Counted from the first letter of the stretch, positions 47,586 through 58,670 are shown. The stretch is 64,000 bases of DNA from an uncultured Kiritimatiellota bacterium (GCA_944389585.1 CALXMW010000001.1:155435-219434); one strand, 5' to 3'. Numbers and translations are program-made. The notes: generated by a model not told the origin, from the sequence alone.

Positions 47586-47810
47586 TCAATCCTCTCCATT
47601 GGTCTTGTTTGCCGTGCATCTCTCCTGCAGCATTTCCTGGAGGGTGGCAAAGACGGCATAGATAATCGCAGGACCAAGGATGACGACGAGGAGCGCGACC
47701 CACCAGCGCAGGTGGAACTGCGACCAGAGGAAGACGGCGGTGGCCCCGACGGCCAGGAGAGTCAGGCAGCCGGAGCAGGAGGATTGGCTCTTTGTTCGCC
47801 TATAAGCCAT
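47586..47810 (-). CDS. Small hypothetical membrane protein (2 TM), 74 aa.
   Basis: 'LTLLAVGATAVFLW' and 'WVALLVVILGPAIIYAVFATL' hydrophobic helices. Low information. Confidence 0.3.
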   Translation of the reverse strand: MAYRRTKSQSSCSGCLTLLAVGATAVFLWSQFHLRWWVALLVVILGPAIIYAVFATLQEMLQERCTANKTNGED

Positions 47811-48019
47811 TTCGTGTGTCCATTCGTGGGCGGTGTGTCAGCGACCCAAAACTCGCCGGAGACTTTCCGGCGCCAAGGGATGAAATCGTGACATCAGGAC
47901 AGGCGCTTGATGACGAGCCTTTGGGCCAGGTTGTCGACGGGCAGCATTGCACAACACTTCCTCGCCACCCTGCAAGGACGAACAAACCCGTGCAGCCACA
48001 CGGGTTTGCCCATTTATCC

Positions 48020-48094
48020 TGGAGCCGGCGGTGGGACTCGAACCCACGACCCACTGATTACAAATCAGTAGCTCTACCGCTGAGCTACACCGGC
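48020..48094 (-). tRNA. tRNA-Thr (anticodon TGT), CCA encoded. A stem-loop terminator lies just downstream.
   Basis: Minus-strand sequence GCCGGTGTAGCTCAGCGGTAGAGCTACTGATTTGTAATCAGTGGGTCGTGGGTTCGAGTCCCACCGCCGGCTCCA. Downstream hairpin AAACCCGTG-tggctg-CACGGGTTT at about 47975–47998. Confidence 0.85.
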
Positions 48095-48263
48095 GGAAGG
48101 CCTGACGGCCCGCGGCACGGCCAGACGCGCTGGCGCCAAATGGCTGATGCCGCGAAAAAACGGCCTATATTTTAGCAAATGCTCCGAGGAACGCAACCTT
48201 TTTTTGCGTTCTCGCGAACTTTTTCCGGGACGCACGACAACCGCTTGAGGCTGAAGGCCCGGC

Positions 48264-48911
48264 TCAAAAGCCGGGGTCTTCCTGCAGGTACGGGTTGGCG
48301 CGGCGCTCGTGGGCCATGGTGGTGGCGGGGCCATGGCCGGGGAGCAGGGTGGTCTCCGGCGCGAGCTCGGCGACGAGGCGCTTGAGCGAGGCGTCGAGCG
48401 TGGGGAAGGAGCCGCCGGGGAGGTCAGTACGGCCGATGGACTCCTGGAAAATCGTGTCGCCCGTGAAGCAGAGAGGCGCGGGGACGTCCTTTTCGATGAG
48501 AACGCACTGGCCACCGGGGGTGTGCCCGGGCGTCGGGATGAGGCGGGCCTCGATGCCGCCGCACGCCCACGCCTCACCGGCCTCGACGAGGCTCGCGGGC
48601 TCCTGCTGATGGGCGTAGAAGGGCGGATATTGGTTCATCGGGTGGCTGAAGGCCCACGTGCGCTCCTCGGGCCGCAAGACGACGGGGAGGCCGGGCCAGC
48701 GGCGCAGCACCGCGTCCAACGCGCCCAGATGGTCGAAGTGCCCATGCGTCAGCACCACGCACACGGGCGTGAGGCCGCGCGCGGCGACCTCCTGCTCGAT
48801 GAGCGGGAAATCCGCGCCCGGGTCGATGATCCAGGCCTGTTTCCCCTCGCCCCACACCAAATAGCAATTCTCGGCCAACGGCCCGGTCTCGACGACGCAA
48901 TAGGCAATCAT
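48264..48911 (-). CDS. MBL-fold metallo-hydrolase (hydroxyacylglutathione hydrolase-like).
   Basis: 'VVLTHGHFDHLGA' HxHxDH zinc motif. 215 aa. Confidence 0.8.
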   Translation of the reverse strand: MIAYCVVETGPLAENCYLVWGEGKQAWIIDPGADFPLIEQEVAARGLTPVCVVLTHGHFDHLGALDAVLRRWPGLPVVLRPEERTWAFSHPMNQYPPFYAHQQEPASLVEAGEAWACGGIEARLIPTPGHTPGGQCVLIEKDVPAPLCFTGDTIFQESIGRTDLPGGSFPTLDASLKRLVAELAPETTLLPGHGPATTMAHERRANPYLQEDPGF

Positions 48912-48921
48912 GTCGCTCTCC

Positions 48922-50877
48922 TTACTTCAGGCGCAGGCGGTAGCCCAACGCCTTGAGGGTCTCGGGGGTGAAGTCGAAGCTGTCCGGCGCAAGGGCGCCC
49001 AAGTGCCCGCCCAAAGGCCGCCCGTCCAGTCCATACGCCGGGCATTCATGGTCGGCCGCGCAATAATTGGGTTCCGTGGGACGTTTTGTTCCGTTCGTCG
49101 CAATAACCAAATTGCCGCCGCCATCGGTCGTATCCGGAGGAAGCGCCCCAACAAAGGTGCAATGCGTCGCCTTACACCAATTGAGCGAGGCTTTGTCTAT
49201 GGCAAAGAAAACAGAAGTTTCAATCTGGACGCCACCACTAGTAAGTTGCGCGTAGCTTCCCCAGGGCTCTTTAGCGGCAAAGATACAATCCCGCAGAAAA
49301 GCTGTAACCTCTCCTTCTCCTTTGCTCTTCGCCACAATCACAGGCGAAGAGGTCCCGTTCGAATCATCAAAAACAAACCCTTCCAGGCTTGCCCCCTCCG
49401 CAAGCGTAATTGCCGGGCCAAGTTCCTGCAAAGAAATCTCCAGCCGCGTGGGGGTGGCGAGGGGGTCGACGACGCCGGTCGTGAGATTGTAACCGCCGAT
49501 GAGGGTGGTGTTGGCGGGGAGGGTGAGCGGCGCGGTCAGCGTGTAGGTGCCGGTGGCGACGTAGACGGTCTGCCCGGCGTATTGGGAAAGATCGTTCAAG
49601 CCGTTTGGCGTGGAAATGACGGTCTTTGGCGTGGGCTCCAGCACAAAGTCCGCCACGGATCCGCCATAAGAGAGCGGATAGACGACACCACCACCCTTGC
49701 CATCATCCTTGCCGCCACCTTTTTGAGTGCTTTCCCAAGCGTTTTGCAGGAGTACGACCAAATCGTCGTCGATGTAACTTCCAATTTTAACCGTTTGCGG
49801 TTGCGCCGCGAGGTATCCTGCCCCTTCCACGGCGATGGTATAGGTGTCGACGGGCAGATTGGCGGGGTCGTAAGGCAACGTTTCCGCATCATCCTGCCAG
49901 ACGGGGACAAGCGGGAGGTTCTTGAAAACGTAACACCCATTGGCGTCGGTGCGCGTGGTCCAGACGGTGCCGTCCTCGGCGGTGAGGGAGACTTTGGCGT
50001 TTGCAATGGGGGCGTGCTTGGCATCGGCCACGCGGCCGACGATGACGCTTCCGAGCGCGGTGGGGAAAACGTTGGGATAGAGTTGCCGCTCCATCTCTTG
50101 GTTGACGGTTGGCAAATCCCACCACAGGCCTTTGGCGTTCCCCCACCCTCTGTCCACATGGAACCACTCCTTGCCATTCTCATCCACGCCCCAACCGTCG
50201 GTGACGGCCATGTGCCCCAACCCATCGATGTAGATACCCGTCCCAAGCGGGGCGCCGACCTGCAACGAAACGCGCAAAATACGGTGACGCATATCCTCCC
50301 AGTACTCGGCGACGACTCCGCCCGGCTTCGGCGTTGTGTAGCAATAGCCCTCCGCAAAGCCAAAGTACTTGATAAACTCTTTGCGCACGCTTCCCGCCGC
50401 ACCGCCGTCCGCGCCATACTCCGTGTGCCCGAGGATGCCAAGGTTCCACATCAGGCGCGCCACCGGGATGTCCTCCCCAAGGTCACGCTTGTCGCGCACC
50501 GCCGCCCAATCGAAAGGCCCCGTAAGCGGAGTGCGCTCGACACGCTCGCCCTTATTCTGAACATAAGACTCTGTGATAGCCGGCGGCTCCCACGTGGCGG
50601 AGGGCGCGCCGTGGTTCAGGGCATGATAGGTGACGATTTGCCCCCACGCAAGCGGGTCACACCCACACACCGAGCCGGGAATGCCTTTGTAAGTCTGCCC
50701 TTTGTACTTAAACTCACTTGCGCCGACGTAGGCGTTGAGGGCGCCGGTCTGATTCCAATCCGTCGCCTGACAAACAGGCTCCATGATGGTATGCACAGGA
50801 CGCCAAGCGTTGTTCTGTTGCGCCGCAGGGAGGGAGGCGGCGAGGAGGAGGAGAAAGAGGGGGGCGATGCGTTTCAT
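48922..50877 (-). CDS. Secreted multidomain cysteine peptidase, C10 (streptopain-like) catalytic domain, then a carboxypeptidase-regulatory-like beta-sandwich, then a C-terminal beta-rich domain.
   Basis: Signal peptide 'MKRIAPLFLLLLAASLPAA'. 'GSVCGCDPLAWGQIVTYH' resembles the C10 active-site Cys context (GCVATAMAQIMKYH). 'GLGHMAVTDGWG' is a His candidate. 'GRVADAKHAPIANAKVSLTAEDGTVWTTRTDANGCYVF' is CarbopepD_reg-like. Confidence 0.55.
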   Translation of the reverse strand: MKRIAPLFLLLLAASLPAAQQNNAWRPVHTIMEPVCQATDWNQTGALNAYVGASEFKYKGQTYKGIPGSVCGCDPLAWGQIVTYHALNHGAPSATWEPPAITESYVQNKGERVERTPLTGPFDWAAVRDKRDLGEDIPVARLMWNLGILGHTEYGADGGAAGSVRKEFIKYFGFAEGYCYTTPKPGGVVAEYWEDMRHRILRVSLQVGAPLGTGIYIDGLGHMAVTDGWGVDENGKEWFHVDRGWGNAKGLWWDLPTVNQEMERQLYPNVFPTALGSVIVGRVADAKHAPIANAKVSLTAEDGTVWTTRTDANGCYVFKNLPLVPVWQDDAETLPYDPANLPVDTYTIAVEGAGYLAAQPQTVKIGSYIDDDLVVLLQNAWESTQKGGGKDDGKGGGVVYPLSYGGSVADFVLEPTPKTVISTPNGLNDLSQYAGQTVYVATGTYTLTAPLTLPANTTLIGGYNLTTGVVDPLATPTRLEISLQELGPAITLAEGASLEGFVFDDSNGTSSPVIVAKSKGEGEVTAFLRDCIFAAKEPWGSYAQLTSGGVQIETSVFFAIDKASLNWCKATHCTFVGALPPDTTDGGGNLVIATNGTKRPTEPNYCAADHECPAYGLDGRPLGGHLGALAPDSFDFTPETLKALGYRLRLK

Positions 50878-51249
50878 GAAAATAGTTTAGCATATTCCGT
50901 CCTGCCAGGGCACCGGAATGCAGGCGCACGCCGCGCGGGCACCTCCGTGCAGGCCCGAAGGGGCGCAGCTTCCACGGCCAGGGCAGACCGTGCCACAAGG
51001 GGCACAAGCGCCGCGATGGCTTCGGGCGCACGTTGCCGCGCATAAAAAACGGGCGCGAAGGGGAAGAACCTTCGACGCCCGCCGCCCAAGGCCTGTTGGG
51101 AGGTGCCTTGGGCGTTCCTACACATATCGGAATACGGGGGTAGTTTATCATCTCCATAGGGGTTTGGCAATGGAAAAAGAGCGCCTTTTCCTCTTTTTGC
51201 AGGGACAAAAGCTCTTTTCGCCGGTTTTGCGCCTGTTTTGCGTGCCTGC

Positions 51250-51290
51250 ACAAAAAAAGGCAGGGCCTGTGTGGCCCTGCCTTCAGGCAA
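51250..51290 (-). terminator. Rho-independent terminator following the lipoprotein gene.
   Basis: Minus strand 'GGCAGGGCCacacaGGCCCTGCCUUUUUUUG' sits directly after the stop at 51301. Confidence 0.7.
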
Positions 51291-51300
51291 GGGGGAGGGG

Positions 51301-51750
51301 TCAATCGGCGTCGGGGAGCTCGCGGATGGAGATGACGCGGGGGTCTTGGCCGCTTTGGGGGAGGGGGCGGTGGATGATGACGCTGTAGCGGCGGCGGCCG
51401 TCTTCGCTGAGGCAGCGGAAGTCATAGTTGAGGCCGTTGACGACTTGGACGGCGACGGTGCGGGGGCGGAGGGTGCGGGCTTCGGAGTCGCGGGTGGCGG
51501 CGGTGTAGACGTCGCGTTGCTCGGGGTCGAGTGCGGCCTGCGCGGAGTAGGCGCCGGGGGCGGGCTGGGCCTCGGGGGCGGGGGCCGCCGTGGCGGGTTG
51601 GGCGGCGGGGGCCTCTGGGGCGGGTTGGGCGGCGGGGGCCTCGGAAGCGGGGGTGCATTCCGCGGGTTCGGGGGCTTGGTCTGCGCGGGGGCAGAGGGCG
51701 GCGCATCCGCAGAGGGTGAGGGCAAGCAGGAGGAGGGGGAGGCTTCGCAT
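51301..51750 (-). CDS. Small lipoprotein with Ala/Pro/Gln-rich repeats.
   Basis: 'MRSLPLLLLALTLCGC' lipobox. Repeats 'EAPAAQPAPEAPAAQPA'. GAGGA RBS. 149 aa. Confidence 0.6.
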   Translation of the reverse strand: MRSLPLLLLALTLCGCAALCPRADQAPEPAECTPASEAPAAQPAPEAPAAQPATAAPAPEAQPAPGAYSAQAALDPEQRDVYTAATRDSEARTLRPRTVAVQVVNGLNYDFRCLSEDGRRRYSVIIHRPLPQSGQDPRVISIRELPDAD

Positions 51751-51814
51751 GGTCTGATCCTCGTTTGGGGGTGGCGGAATGGGGTCGCCCCGGGAGTGAC
51801 CCGGGGCGGCGGGG

Positions 51815-53584
51815 TTAGGCTTGGGTGGCGCCGTCGGGGGCGGGAGAGACGCCGTCCGGGAGGCGTTCCTCGCTGGCCGGGCCCTCGGGGACGACCGGCG
51901 CAGACGCCTGGACGGGGGCGGCCGGCGCAGGCGCGGACGCCTGGGCGGCAGGGGCCGGGGCGGGGGTGGGTTGGGCGGCGGGCGCGGGGGCGTCGGCCTG
52001 GAGGAGGGGGGCGAGGAGGGGTTCGGCGCCTTGGTTGGGGCCAAAGAGGGCCTCGGGGGTTTGGTCGTCCTCTTCGCCGGCCCAGCCGCCGCAGAGGGCG
52101 CGGTAGAGGGCGATTTGCTGTTTGGCGATTTCGCCTTCGCTGATGACGCGGGATTCGTCGAGGGTGAAGAGCTGGCGTTGGGCGTCGAGGACGTCAAAGA
52201 AGTTGCCGAGGCCGGCATCGTACTTGTTGCCGGCGATCTCGTAGGCGGCCTGTGCGGCTTGGACGCCAAGGCGGAGCTGGCGGAGGCGTTCCTGTTCCTG
52301 CTCGCAGCCGGAGAGGGCGTCGCGGATGTCGGCGAGGGCGGTGAGGACGGCGTTCTCGTAGTCGGCAAGGGCGGCTTTTTGCTGCTCGGTCTTGACGTCG
52401 ATGTTGGCGACGATCTGGCCGCCGTGGAAGATGGGGAGGGTGACGCCGGGGCCGATGCCGTAGACGTGGCTGTCCCAGTCGATGAGGTCGCCGATGTGGA
52501 GGGAGTTGAGGCCGAAGTTGCCGGAGATGTAGACGGTGGGGTAGCGCTCGGCCTTGGCGGAGCCGAGGGTGTCGGTGGCGGCCTTGAGGCGGCGCTCGAC
52601 GGCGTAGACGTCGGGGCGGCGGCGGATGGCGTCGGCGGGGATGCCGTCTTCGAGGTCAAGGCCTTGGGCGGCGGGGATGGCGGTGGGGCGGAGGCCGGCG
52701 GCCTTGCGGCCGGAGCCGTCTTTCTCGCCTTGCTCGGTTTCCTCGGCGGGGCGCTCCATGAAGTCGGGGTTTTCGATGACCTCGGTGGGGAGGGCGCCGG
52801 GGGCGACGCCGCAGAGGAGGGCGATGGCGTCCTCGGCGGCGGTGATTTGGGCCTTGAGGGAGGGGATGGCGGCGGCGGTGGAGCGGAGGTCGTATTCGGC
52901 CTGGTGTTTTTCGAGCTCGTTGGTGAGGCCGCCGGCGTTGCGGTCGGATTGGAGGTCGTAGTTGTCTTGCTGGAGGCGGAGGTTGTCCTGGGCGACCATG
53001 AGGCGGCCTTGGAGGGTGCGGAGCTCGACGTAGTAGGTGGCGAGGTCGGCGGAGACGGCGACCCACATGGCCTTGAGGTCGGCCTCGGAAGCTTGTGCCT
53101 GGGCCTCGGCGGCGCCGACGAGGTAGGTGTTTTTGCCGAAGAGGTCAAGCTCCCAGCGGGCGGAGGCGGCGAGGGTATAGTCGGTGTAGCGGTCGTAGCC
53201 GGCGCGACCGTAGTGGGAGGTGCGGTTGCGCGTGGCGTCGCCGCCGAGGTCGACCTGGGGCCAGAGGGCGCCCTTCTGGTAACGCCAGGTGGCGCGGGCG
53301 GCGGCGAGGTTGGCGCGGGCGGCCTGGAGGGTGCGGTTGGCGGCGTAGGCCTTGGCGAGGAGCCGGTTAAGGGGCTCGTCGCCGAAGGCGCGCCACCAGG
53401 CGTCGAGCTCGGGGGCGGGGGCTTGGGCGAGGAGGCCGGGGAGGGCGTCCTCACGGGTGTCCTTGGCGACGGAGGCGGACTGGAGGACGTCGGCGACGGG
53501 GCGCTCCTGATAATCCTTGTGGTTGGGGATGGCGCAGCCGGCAAGGGTCAGAAGGAGGCAGAGGGTGAGGGTGGAGCTTTTCAT
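51815..53584 (-). CDS. Efflux transporter outer membrane factor lipoprotein (NodT/OprM/TolC family) with an AP-rich C-terminal tail.
   Basis: Start '[20 protein letters not shown]' (lipobox). TolC-like repeats. C-terminus '[30 protein letters not shown]'. ATGA overlap with the RND gene. Confidence 0.8.
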   Translation of the reverse strand: MKSSTLTLCLLLTLAGCAIPNHKDYQERPVADVLQSASVAKDTREDALPGLLAQAPAPELDAWWRAFGDEPLNRLLAKAYAANRTLQAARANLAAARATWRYQKGALWPQVDLGGDATRNRTSHYGRAGYDRYTDYTLAASARWELDLFGKNTYLVGAAEAQAQASEADLKAMWVAVSADLATYYVELRTLQGRLMVAQDNLRLQQDNYDLQSDRNAGGLTNELEKHQAEYDLRSTAAAIPSLKAQITAAEDAIALLCGVAPGALPTEVIENPDFMERPAEETEQGEKDGSGRKAAGLRPTAIPAAQGLDLEDGIPADAIRRRPDVYAVERRLKAATDTLGSAKAERYPTVYISGNFGLNSLHIGDLIDWDSHVYGIGPGVTLPIFHGGQIVANIDVKTEQQKAALADYENAVLTALADIRDALSGCEQEQERLRQLRLGVQAAQAAYEIAGNKYDAGLGNFFDVLDAQRQLFTLDESRVISEGEIAKQQIALYRALCGGWAGEEDDQTPEALFGPNQGAEPLLAPLLQADAPAPAAQPTPAPAPAAQASAPAPAAPVQASAPVVPEGPASEERLPDGVSPAPDGATQA

Positions 53585-56500
53585 TTTTCCTCCCGGACGT
53601 GGGATTTGCCAAAGAGCGAGTAGGTGCCCTCGCGCATCTTCTCGAAGAGGGAGTAGAGCGCGGGGATCATGATCATGCCGGCGGTGGTGGCCGCGAGCAT
53701 GCCGCTGTAGACGGTGGCGCCGAGGTGGACGCGGCTGACGGCGCCGGCGCCGGTGGCGTAGACCATCGGCAGCACGCCGAGGATGAAGGTGAGAGCCGTC
53801 ATGAGCACGGCGCGCAGACGCTCGGAGGCGCCTTCGCCGGCGGCGTCGACGATGCCGAGGCCCTGCTCGCGGCGCTGCGCGGCGAACTCGACCACGAGGA
53901 TGGCGCTCTTCGCGGCGAGGGCGATGAGCAGGAGGAGGCCGACCTGGGCGTAGATGGAGAGGGAGATGCCCCAGTAGATGATGCCCAGGAAGGCGCCCAC
54001 GACGCCGACGGTGATGGAGGTCATCACGGGGAGCGGGAGCGTCCAGCTCTCGTATTGGGCGACCAGGAAGAGGTAGCCGAAGACGAAGGCCGCGAGGACG
54101 AGCAGGCCGGTCTGCCCCTCGACGATGGATTCCTGGTAGGAAAGATCCGTCCACGCGAAGGAGAAGTCGCGCGAGAGCGACTCGCCGGCGACGCGCTTGA
54201 CCGCGGCCATGGACTCGCCGGAGGAGAAACCCTCGGAGGCGTTGGCGGTGATGCGCGCGGCCGGGAAAAGGTTGAAGCGGTTGTAGTTGCGCACGCCGCC
54301 GACGGTCTCGAGGTTCACGAGTGCGGAGACGGGGATGAGGTTGCCCTCGGTGGAGCGGACGTAGAGCCGGCCGATATCGTCGCGCGTGGCGCGGCCGTCC
54401 CAGTCGGACTGCACGATGACCTGGTTGACCTGCGTGCCGAGGTTGATGTCGTTGACGTAGTAGGAGCCGAGGTAGTTCTGGAGCGTCGTGAAGACGGACG
54501 AGACGGGCACCTTGTAGCTCTCGGCCTTGGTGCGGTCGACGCTCAGCTCGATGTGCGGCGTGCCGGAGGTGTAGGGCGAGAAGGCCATGGACACCTCGGG
54601 CGCCTGGTTGAGGGCCGCGAGGAAGGATTTGAGGTTCTGCTCGATGATCTCGGGGTCGGTGGAGGAGAGCGACTGGAAGTAGAGGCTCATGCCGCCGGAG
54701 ACGCCCAGGCCCTGGATGGCGGGCGGCACCATGGCCAGGAACTTGCCTTCGTGGTAGCGCGCGGCGATGTCCTGGATCTTGCGCTGGATGGACCAGACGG
54801 AGAGCTCCTCGGTGGTGCGTTTGTCCCAGGGCTCGAGGGCGACGATGAGCATGCCGGTGCTCTCGGCGTTGCCCGAGATCATGGCCCAGCCGATGACGGA
54901 CATCGTGCTCTTGACGCCGGGGATCTGGCGCACCTCGCTCTCGAAGCGCTTGACGAAGTCGTCGGTGACGGCGCGGTTGGTGCCCTCGCGCAGGGCGATG
55001 TCCACGAAGACCACGCCCTGGTCTTCCTCGGGGAGGAAGGAGGTGGGGGTCCTGTTGTAGCTGACGGCCACGCCGGCGAAGCAGAGCAGCAGGAGCATGA
55101 GGGTGAGCAGGCGCCGCGCGGCGAAGAAGCGGGCCAGGACGCCGTAGCGCAGGCGCACCCAGTCGAGCGCCTTGTTGAACCAGGTGAAGGGATCCCACCA
55201 CTTGGTGTGCGGCTTGGGCACGCCGAGGATGGTGGCGCAGATGGCCGGGGAGAGGGTGAGCGCGTTGATGGCCGAGAAGAGGATGGCCATGGACATGGTG
55301 ACGGCGAACTGCGAGTAGATGCGCCCGGTGATGCCGCCGACGAAGCCCACCGGCGCGAAGATGGCCAGGAGCACGAGGGTGGTGGCGACGACGGCGCCGG
55401 TGACCTCGTGCATGGCCAGGAGGGTGGCCGTCTTGCGGTCGAGGCGGTTCTTGTCCATGTGGTGCTGGACGCGCTCGACCACGACGATGGCGTCGTCGAC
55501 GACCGAGCCGATGGCCAGCACCAGGGCGAAGAGCGAGATGGTGTTGATGGTGTAGCCGAAGAGCTTGAGCGCCAGGAAGGTGCAGAGCAGCGAGACGGGG
55601 ATGGCGCACAGCGGCACGAAGGTGGCGCGGATGTCCTGCAGGAAGACGTAGCAGACGATGAGCACGAGGACGAAGGTCTCGACGAGGGTCTTGACGATCT
55701 CGTCGATGGAGACCTGCACGAACTCGGTGGAGTCGTAGGCGATGGTGTATTCGAGGTCGCCGGGGAAGGTGGGCTCGAGATCCTTGAGGGTCTTGCGCAC
55801 GGCCTCCATGGCCTCGATGGCGTTGGTGCCGGGGGTCTGCTCGATGCCCATGGAGACGGCGTCCAGGCCGTTGAAGTAGCCGGTGTTGGCGTAGCTCTGC
55901 TCGCCGAGCTCGACGCGCGCGATGTCGCGGATGCGCACGAGCCCGCCCTCGTCGGCGGAGCGCACGACGACGTCCTCGAACTCGCGCACGGTGCTCAGGC
56001 GGCCCTCGGCGATGATGGAGAAGGTGTCGCGGATGTTCACGTCCAAGACCGGGGAGGCGCCGACGGAGCCGAGCACGGCCTGGAGGTTCTGCGCATCGAT
56101 GGCGGAGATGACGTCGCTGGCGTCGAGACCCTGGGCGGCGAGGCGCTCGGGGTCGAGCCAGATGCGCATGGCCATGCGCGCGCCGTGGACGTCCGCGCCG
56201 CCCACGCCGTGGACGCGCAGGATGGCGTCGCGCACGTTGGAGTACAGGAAGTCGGAAATCTCGAGCTTGCTGAGCTCGCCGCTGGGGGAGCGGAAGGAGA
56301 TGAAGCCGAGGGTGGAATCGGAACGGGTCTCGACGTTGACGCCCTGCTGGGTGACCTCCTTGGGGAGCTTGGACTCGGCCTGGGCCACGCGGTTCTGCAC
56401 GCGCACCTGGGCGATGTCGCGGTCGGTGCCGACGGCGAAGGTGACGGTGAGGCTGTAGCGGCCCGAGTCGGTGCAGGAGGAGCTCATGTAGAGCATGTCC

Positions 56501-56817
56501 TCGACGCCGTTGACGGCCGACTCGATGGGGATGGCCACGGAGTTGGCCAGGTCGACGGCGTTGGCGCCGGGATAGGTGCAGCTCACGCGCACGGCCGGCG
56601 GGGTGACCTCCGGGTACTGCGCGATGGGCAGCGCCCGGATGGCGATGACGCCGACGATGGACATCACCAGGGCGATGACCACCGCGAAGCGCGGGCGGTT
56701 GATGAAGACGCGCGAGAAGATGCTCTTCTTGGGCAGCTCCTCGATCATCTTGCGGACGGACTCGCGCTCATTCGCCTCGAGCTCCTCGAGGCTCATGATC
56801 CTTTCTTGCTCGGCCAT
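53581..56817 (-). CDS. RND-family multidrug efflux permease (AcrB/MexB-like).
   Basis: 1078 aa. 12-TM architecture with two large periplasmic loops. '[27 protein letters not shown]' N-terminal TM1 is typical. Confidence 0.9.
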   Translation of the reverse strand: MAEQERIMSLEELEANERESVRKMIEELPKKSIFSRVFINRPRFAVVIALVMSIVGVIAIRALPIAQYPEVTPPAVRVSCTYPGANAVDLANSVAIPIESAVNGVEDMLYMSSSCTDSGRYSLTVTFAVGTDRDIAQVRVQNRVAQAESKLPKEVTQQGVNVETRSDSTLGFISFRSPSGELSKLEISDFLYSNVRDAILRVHGVGGADVHGARMAMRIWLDPERLAAQGLDASDVISAIDAQNLQAVLGSVGASPVLDVNIRDTFSIIAEGRLSTVREFEDVVVRSADEGGLVRIRDIARVELGEQSYANTGYFNGLDAVSMGIEQTPGTNAIEAMEAVRKTLKDLEPTFPGDLEYTIAYDSTEFVQVSIDEIVKTLVETFVLVLIVCYVFLQDIRATFVPLCAIPVSLLCTFLALKLFGYTINTISLFALVLAIGSVVDDAIVVVERVQHHMDKNRLDRKTATLLAMHEVTGAVVATTLVLLAIFAPVGFVGGITGRIYSQFAVTMSMAILFSAINALTLSPAICATILGVPKPHTKWWDPFTWFNKALDWVRLRYGVLARFFAARRLLTLMLLLLCFAGVAVSYNRTPTSFLPEEDQGVVFVDIALREGTNRAVTDDFVKRFESEVRQIPGVKSTMSVIGWAMISGNAESTGMLIVALEPWDKRTTEELSVWSIQRKIQDIAARYHEGKFLAMVPPAIQGLGVSGGMSLYFQSLSSTDPEIIEQNLKSFLAALNQAPEVSMAFSPYTSGTPHIELSVDRTKAESYKVPVSSVFTTLQNYLGSYYVNDINLGTQVNQVIVQSDWDGRATRDDIGRLYVRSTEGNLIPVSALVNLETVGGVRNYNRFNLFPAARITANASEGFSSGESMAAVKRVAGESLSRDFSFAWTDLSYQESIVEGQTGLLVLAAFVFGYLFLVAQYESWTLPLPVMTSITVGVVGAFLGIIYWGISLSIYAQVGLLLLIALAAKSAILVVEFAAQRREQGLGIVDAAGEGASERLRAVLMTALTFILGVLPMVYATGAGAVSRVHLGATVYSGMLAATTAGMIMIPALYSLFEKMREGTYSLFGKSHVREEK

Positions 56818-56841
56818 GGCTGGGCTTCCTCCTGCGTGACC

Positions 56842-58059
56842 TTACTTCGCGAGGGTGACGGTCGCCTCGGGCTGGGCGTTCGGCGAGGGGTTCACGATGT
56901 TCAGGTTCGTGCCCTCGGAGACGTTGACGACGCCCTCGGTGATGACCTCGTCGCCGGCTTGGAGCCCGGCCTTGACCTCGACCATACCCTCGAGGCGCGC
57001 GCCGATGGCGATGGCGCGGCGGGCGGCCTTGCCGCCCTCGTTGACGTAGACGTAGTCGCCGGTGGCGTTGGCCAGGACGGCGTTGGCGGGGATGGTCAGC
57101 GCCTCGGCGGGTTTGGCCTCGGAGAGGAGGACGGTGACGTAGGCGTTGGAGAGGAGCTGCTGGTCGGGGTTGGCGAAGGCGTAGCGCACGGGCAGCGAGG
57201 CCGTCTCCATGCTCATCTCGTTGCTGATGAAGTCGGGCGTGCCGTCGTGGGCGTAGAGGGTGCCGTCGGCCAGGCGGATCTGGGCGCGGATGGCCTCGGC
57301 CCCGGCGCCCTTGGAGTCGGCGATGTTCTTGTTGCGCAGGTACTCGCGGTCGGGCACGGAGAAGACGACGCGCACCGGGTCCATCTGCACGATGCGCGCG
57401 AGGGTGCCCATCGAGGGCGAGACGTAGTCGCCCTTCTTCAGCAGGCTCTGGCCGATGCGCCCGGAGATGGGGGCGGTGATCTTGCAGTAGCCCAGGTTGA
57501 TCTCGGCGCTCGACAGGTCGGCCTCGCACTGGGCGATGGCGGCCTTGGCCTCGAGCATGGTGGCGTAGGCCTGGTCGACCTCGGCCTCGGTGACGGAGCG
57601 CTTGTCCACCTTGCTGATGCGCGCGTAGTAGCGGTCGGCGTTCTCGCTGGAGGCCTGGGCCTGGGCGAGGGCGGCCTTGGCCTGGGCCACGCGGGCCTCG
57701 TAGACGCGCGGGTCGATCTGGTAGAGCAGGTCGCCTTCCTTGACCATCGCGCCTTCCTTGAAGGCCACCTCCTGGATGGTGCCGTCGATCTGCGCACGCA
57801 GGTCGACGTCCTGGATGGGCTCCACGTGGCCCATGAAGGTCTGCGGCGGGTTGATGGCCTTCAGCGTGGCCAGCGCCGTCTCCACCGTCACGGGGCGCAC
57901 GGCGGCGGCCGCGGCGGCGGCCTCGACGGCCTTGGCCTGCGCCTCGGCGTCCAGGCTGGTCTGGTAGATCGTGCGGGCGAACCACCCCAGCGCCGCCGCC
58001 ACGAGGACGCTCAACGCCAGCCCGGCCGTCGCGCTCAACGGGTTCTTCTTCTCTTCCAT
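56842..58059 (-). CDS. Efflux RND periplasmic adaptor subunit (membrane fusion protein, AcrA-like).
   Basis: Start at 'MEEKKNPLSATAGLALSVLVAAALGW' with AGGAG RBS. Lipoyl/β-barrel motifs 'YQIDPRVYEARVAQAKAALAQAQ'. The upstream part of the ORF is Arg-rich and spurious. Confidence 0.85.
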   Translation of the reverse strand: MEEKKNPLSATAGLALSVLVAAALGWFARTIYQTSLDAEAQAKAVEAAAAAAAVRPVTVETALATLKAINPPQTFMGHVEPIQDVDLRAQIDGTIQEVAFKEGAMVKEGDLLYQIDPRVYEARVAQAKAALAQAQASSENADRYYARISKVDKRSVTEAEVDQAYATMLEAKAAIAQCEADLSSAEINLGYCKITAPISGRIGQSLLKKGDYVSPSMGTLARIVQMDPVRVVFSVPDREYLRNKNIADSKGAGAEAIRAQIRLADGTLYAHDGTPDFISNEMSMETASLPVRYAFANPDQQLLSNAYVTVLLSEAKPAEALTIPANAVLANATGDYVYVNEGGKAARRAIAIGARLEGMVEVKAGLQAGDEVITEGVVNVSEGTNLNIVNPSPNAQPEATVTLAK

Positions 58060-58061
58060 GG

Positions 58062-58670
58062 TCACTTGCTCCTGATGCCTTGTACGATGAAATCCAATCC
58101 CGCGCGGATCGTCTCGGCCACGTCCACCGGGTGCTTGTAGAGCCACGCCTCGCGCAGCGTCCCGAAGAAGACGCTGCCCATCAGCGTGGCGATCTGGTCC
58201 GCGCTCAGGGGCGAGTCGATCGCCCCCTCTTCCTTGAAGCGGCGCAGGCGCTCGAGCAGCTTCGCGAGCGGGTCGCGCACGATCTGCCCTTCCAGCTTCC
58301 GGGCGAGCAGGCGCGTGAGCGCCTCGTTCCACTCCACCCGGCTCATCATGAAGAGCATGAACTGCTTGAGCTCCGTGTGCCCCTCGATGGCGCGCGCCCA
58401 GGCGACGAAGGCCTCGCGGATTTCCTCGAGCGTCTCGGCGCGCTCCACCCCCTCGAGGGGCGTGTAGATGGCGTGCTCGCGCTCGATCAGCTCCGCCAGC
58501 AGGTCTTCCTTGGTCTTGAAGTGCCAGAAGACCGCGCCCTTCGTCAGATGGATGCGCCGCGCGATGTCGTTGAACGTCGTCAGCGCGTAGCCCCGCTTGG
58601 AAAAGCAGTCCAAGGCCACCTTCAAGATGGCCTTCCGGGTCTCCAACGCCTCTTCCTTCGTCCTGCGCAT
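58062..58670 (-). CDS. TetR/AcrR-family transcriptional regulator of the efflux operon.
   Basis: Start at 'MRRTKEEALETRKAILKVALDCFSKRGYALTTFNDIARRIHLTKGAVFWHF' (TetR HTH). Promoter TTGCAT-N18-TATAAT with an ACCTT…AAGGT inverted repeat lies immediately upstream (58698–58726 in plus-strand coordinates). Confidence 0.8.
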   Translation of the reverse strand: MRRTKEEALETRKAILKVALDCFSKRGYALTTFNDIARRIHLTKGAVFWHFKTKEDLLAELIEREHAIYTPLEGVERAETLEEIREAFVAWARAIEGHTELKQFMLFMMSRVEWNEALTRLLARKLEGQIVRDPLAKLLERLRRFKEEGAIDSPLSADQIATLMGSVFFGTLREAWLYKHPVDVAETIRAGLDFIVQGIRSK

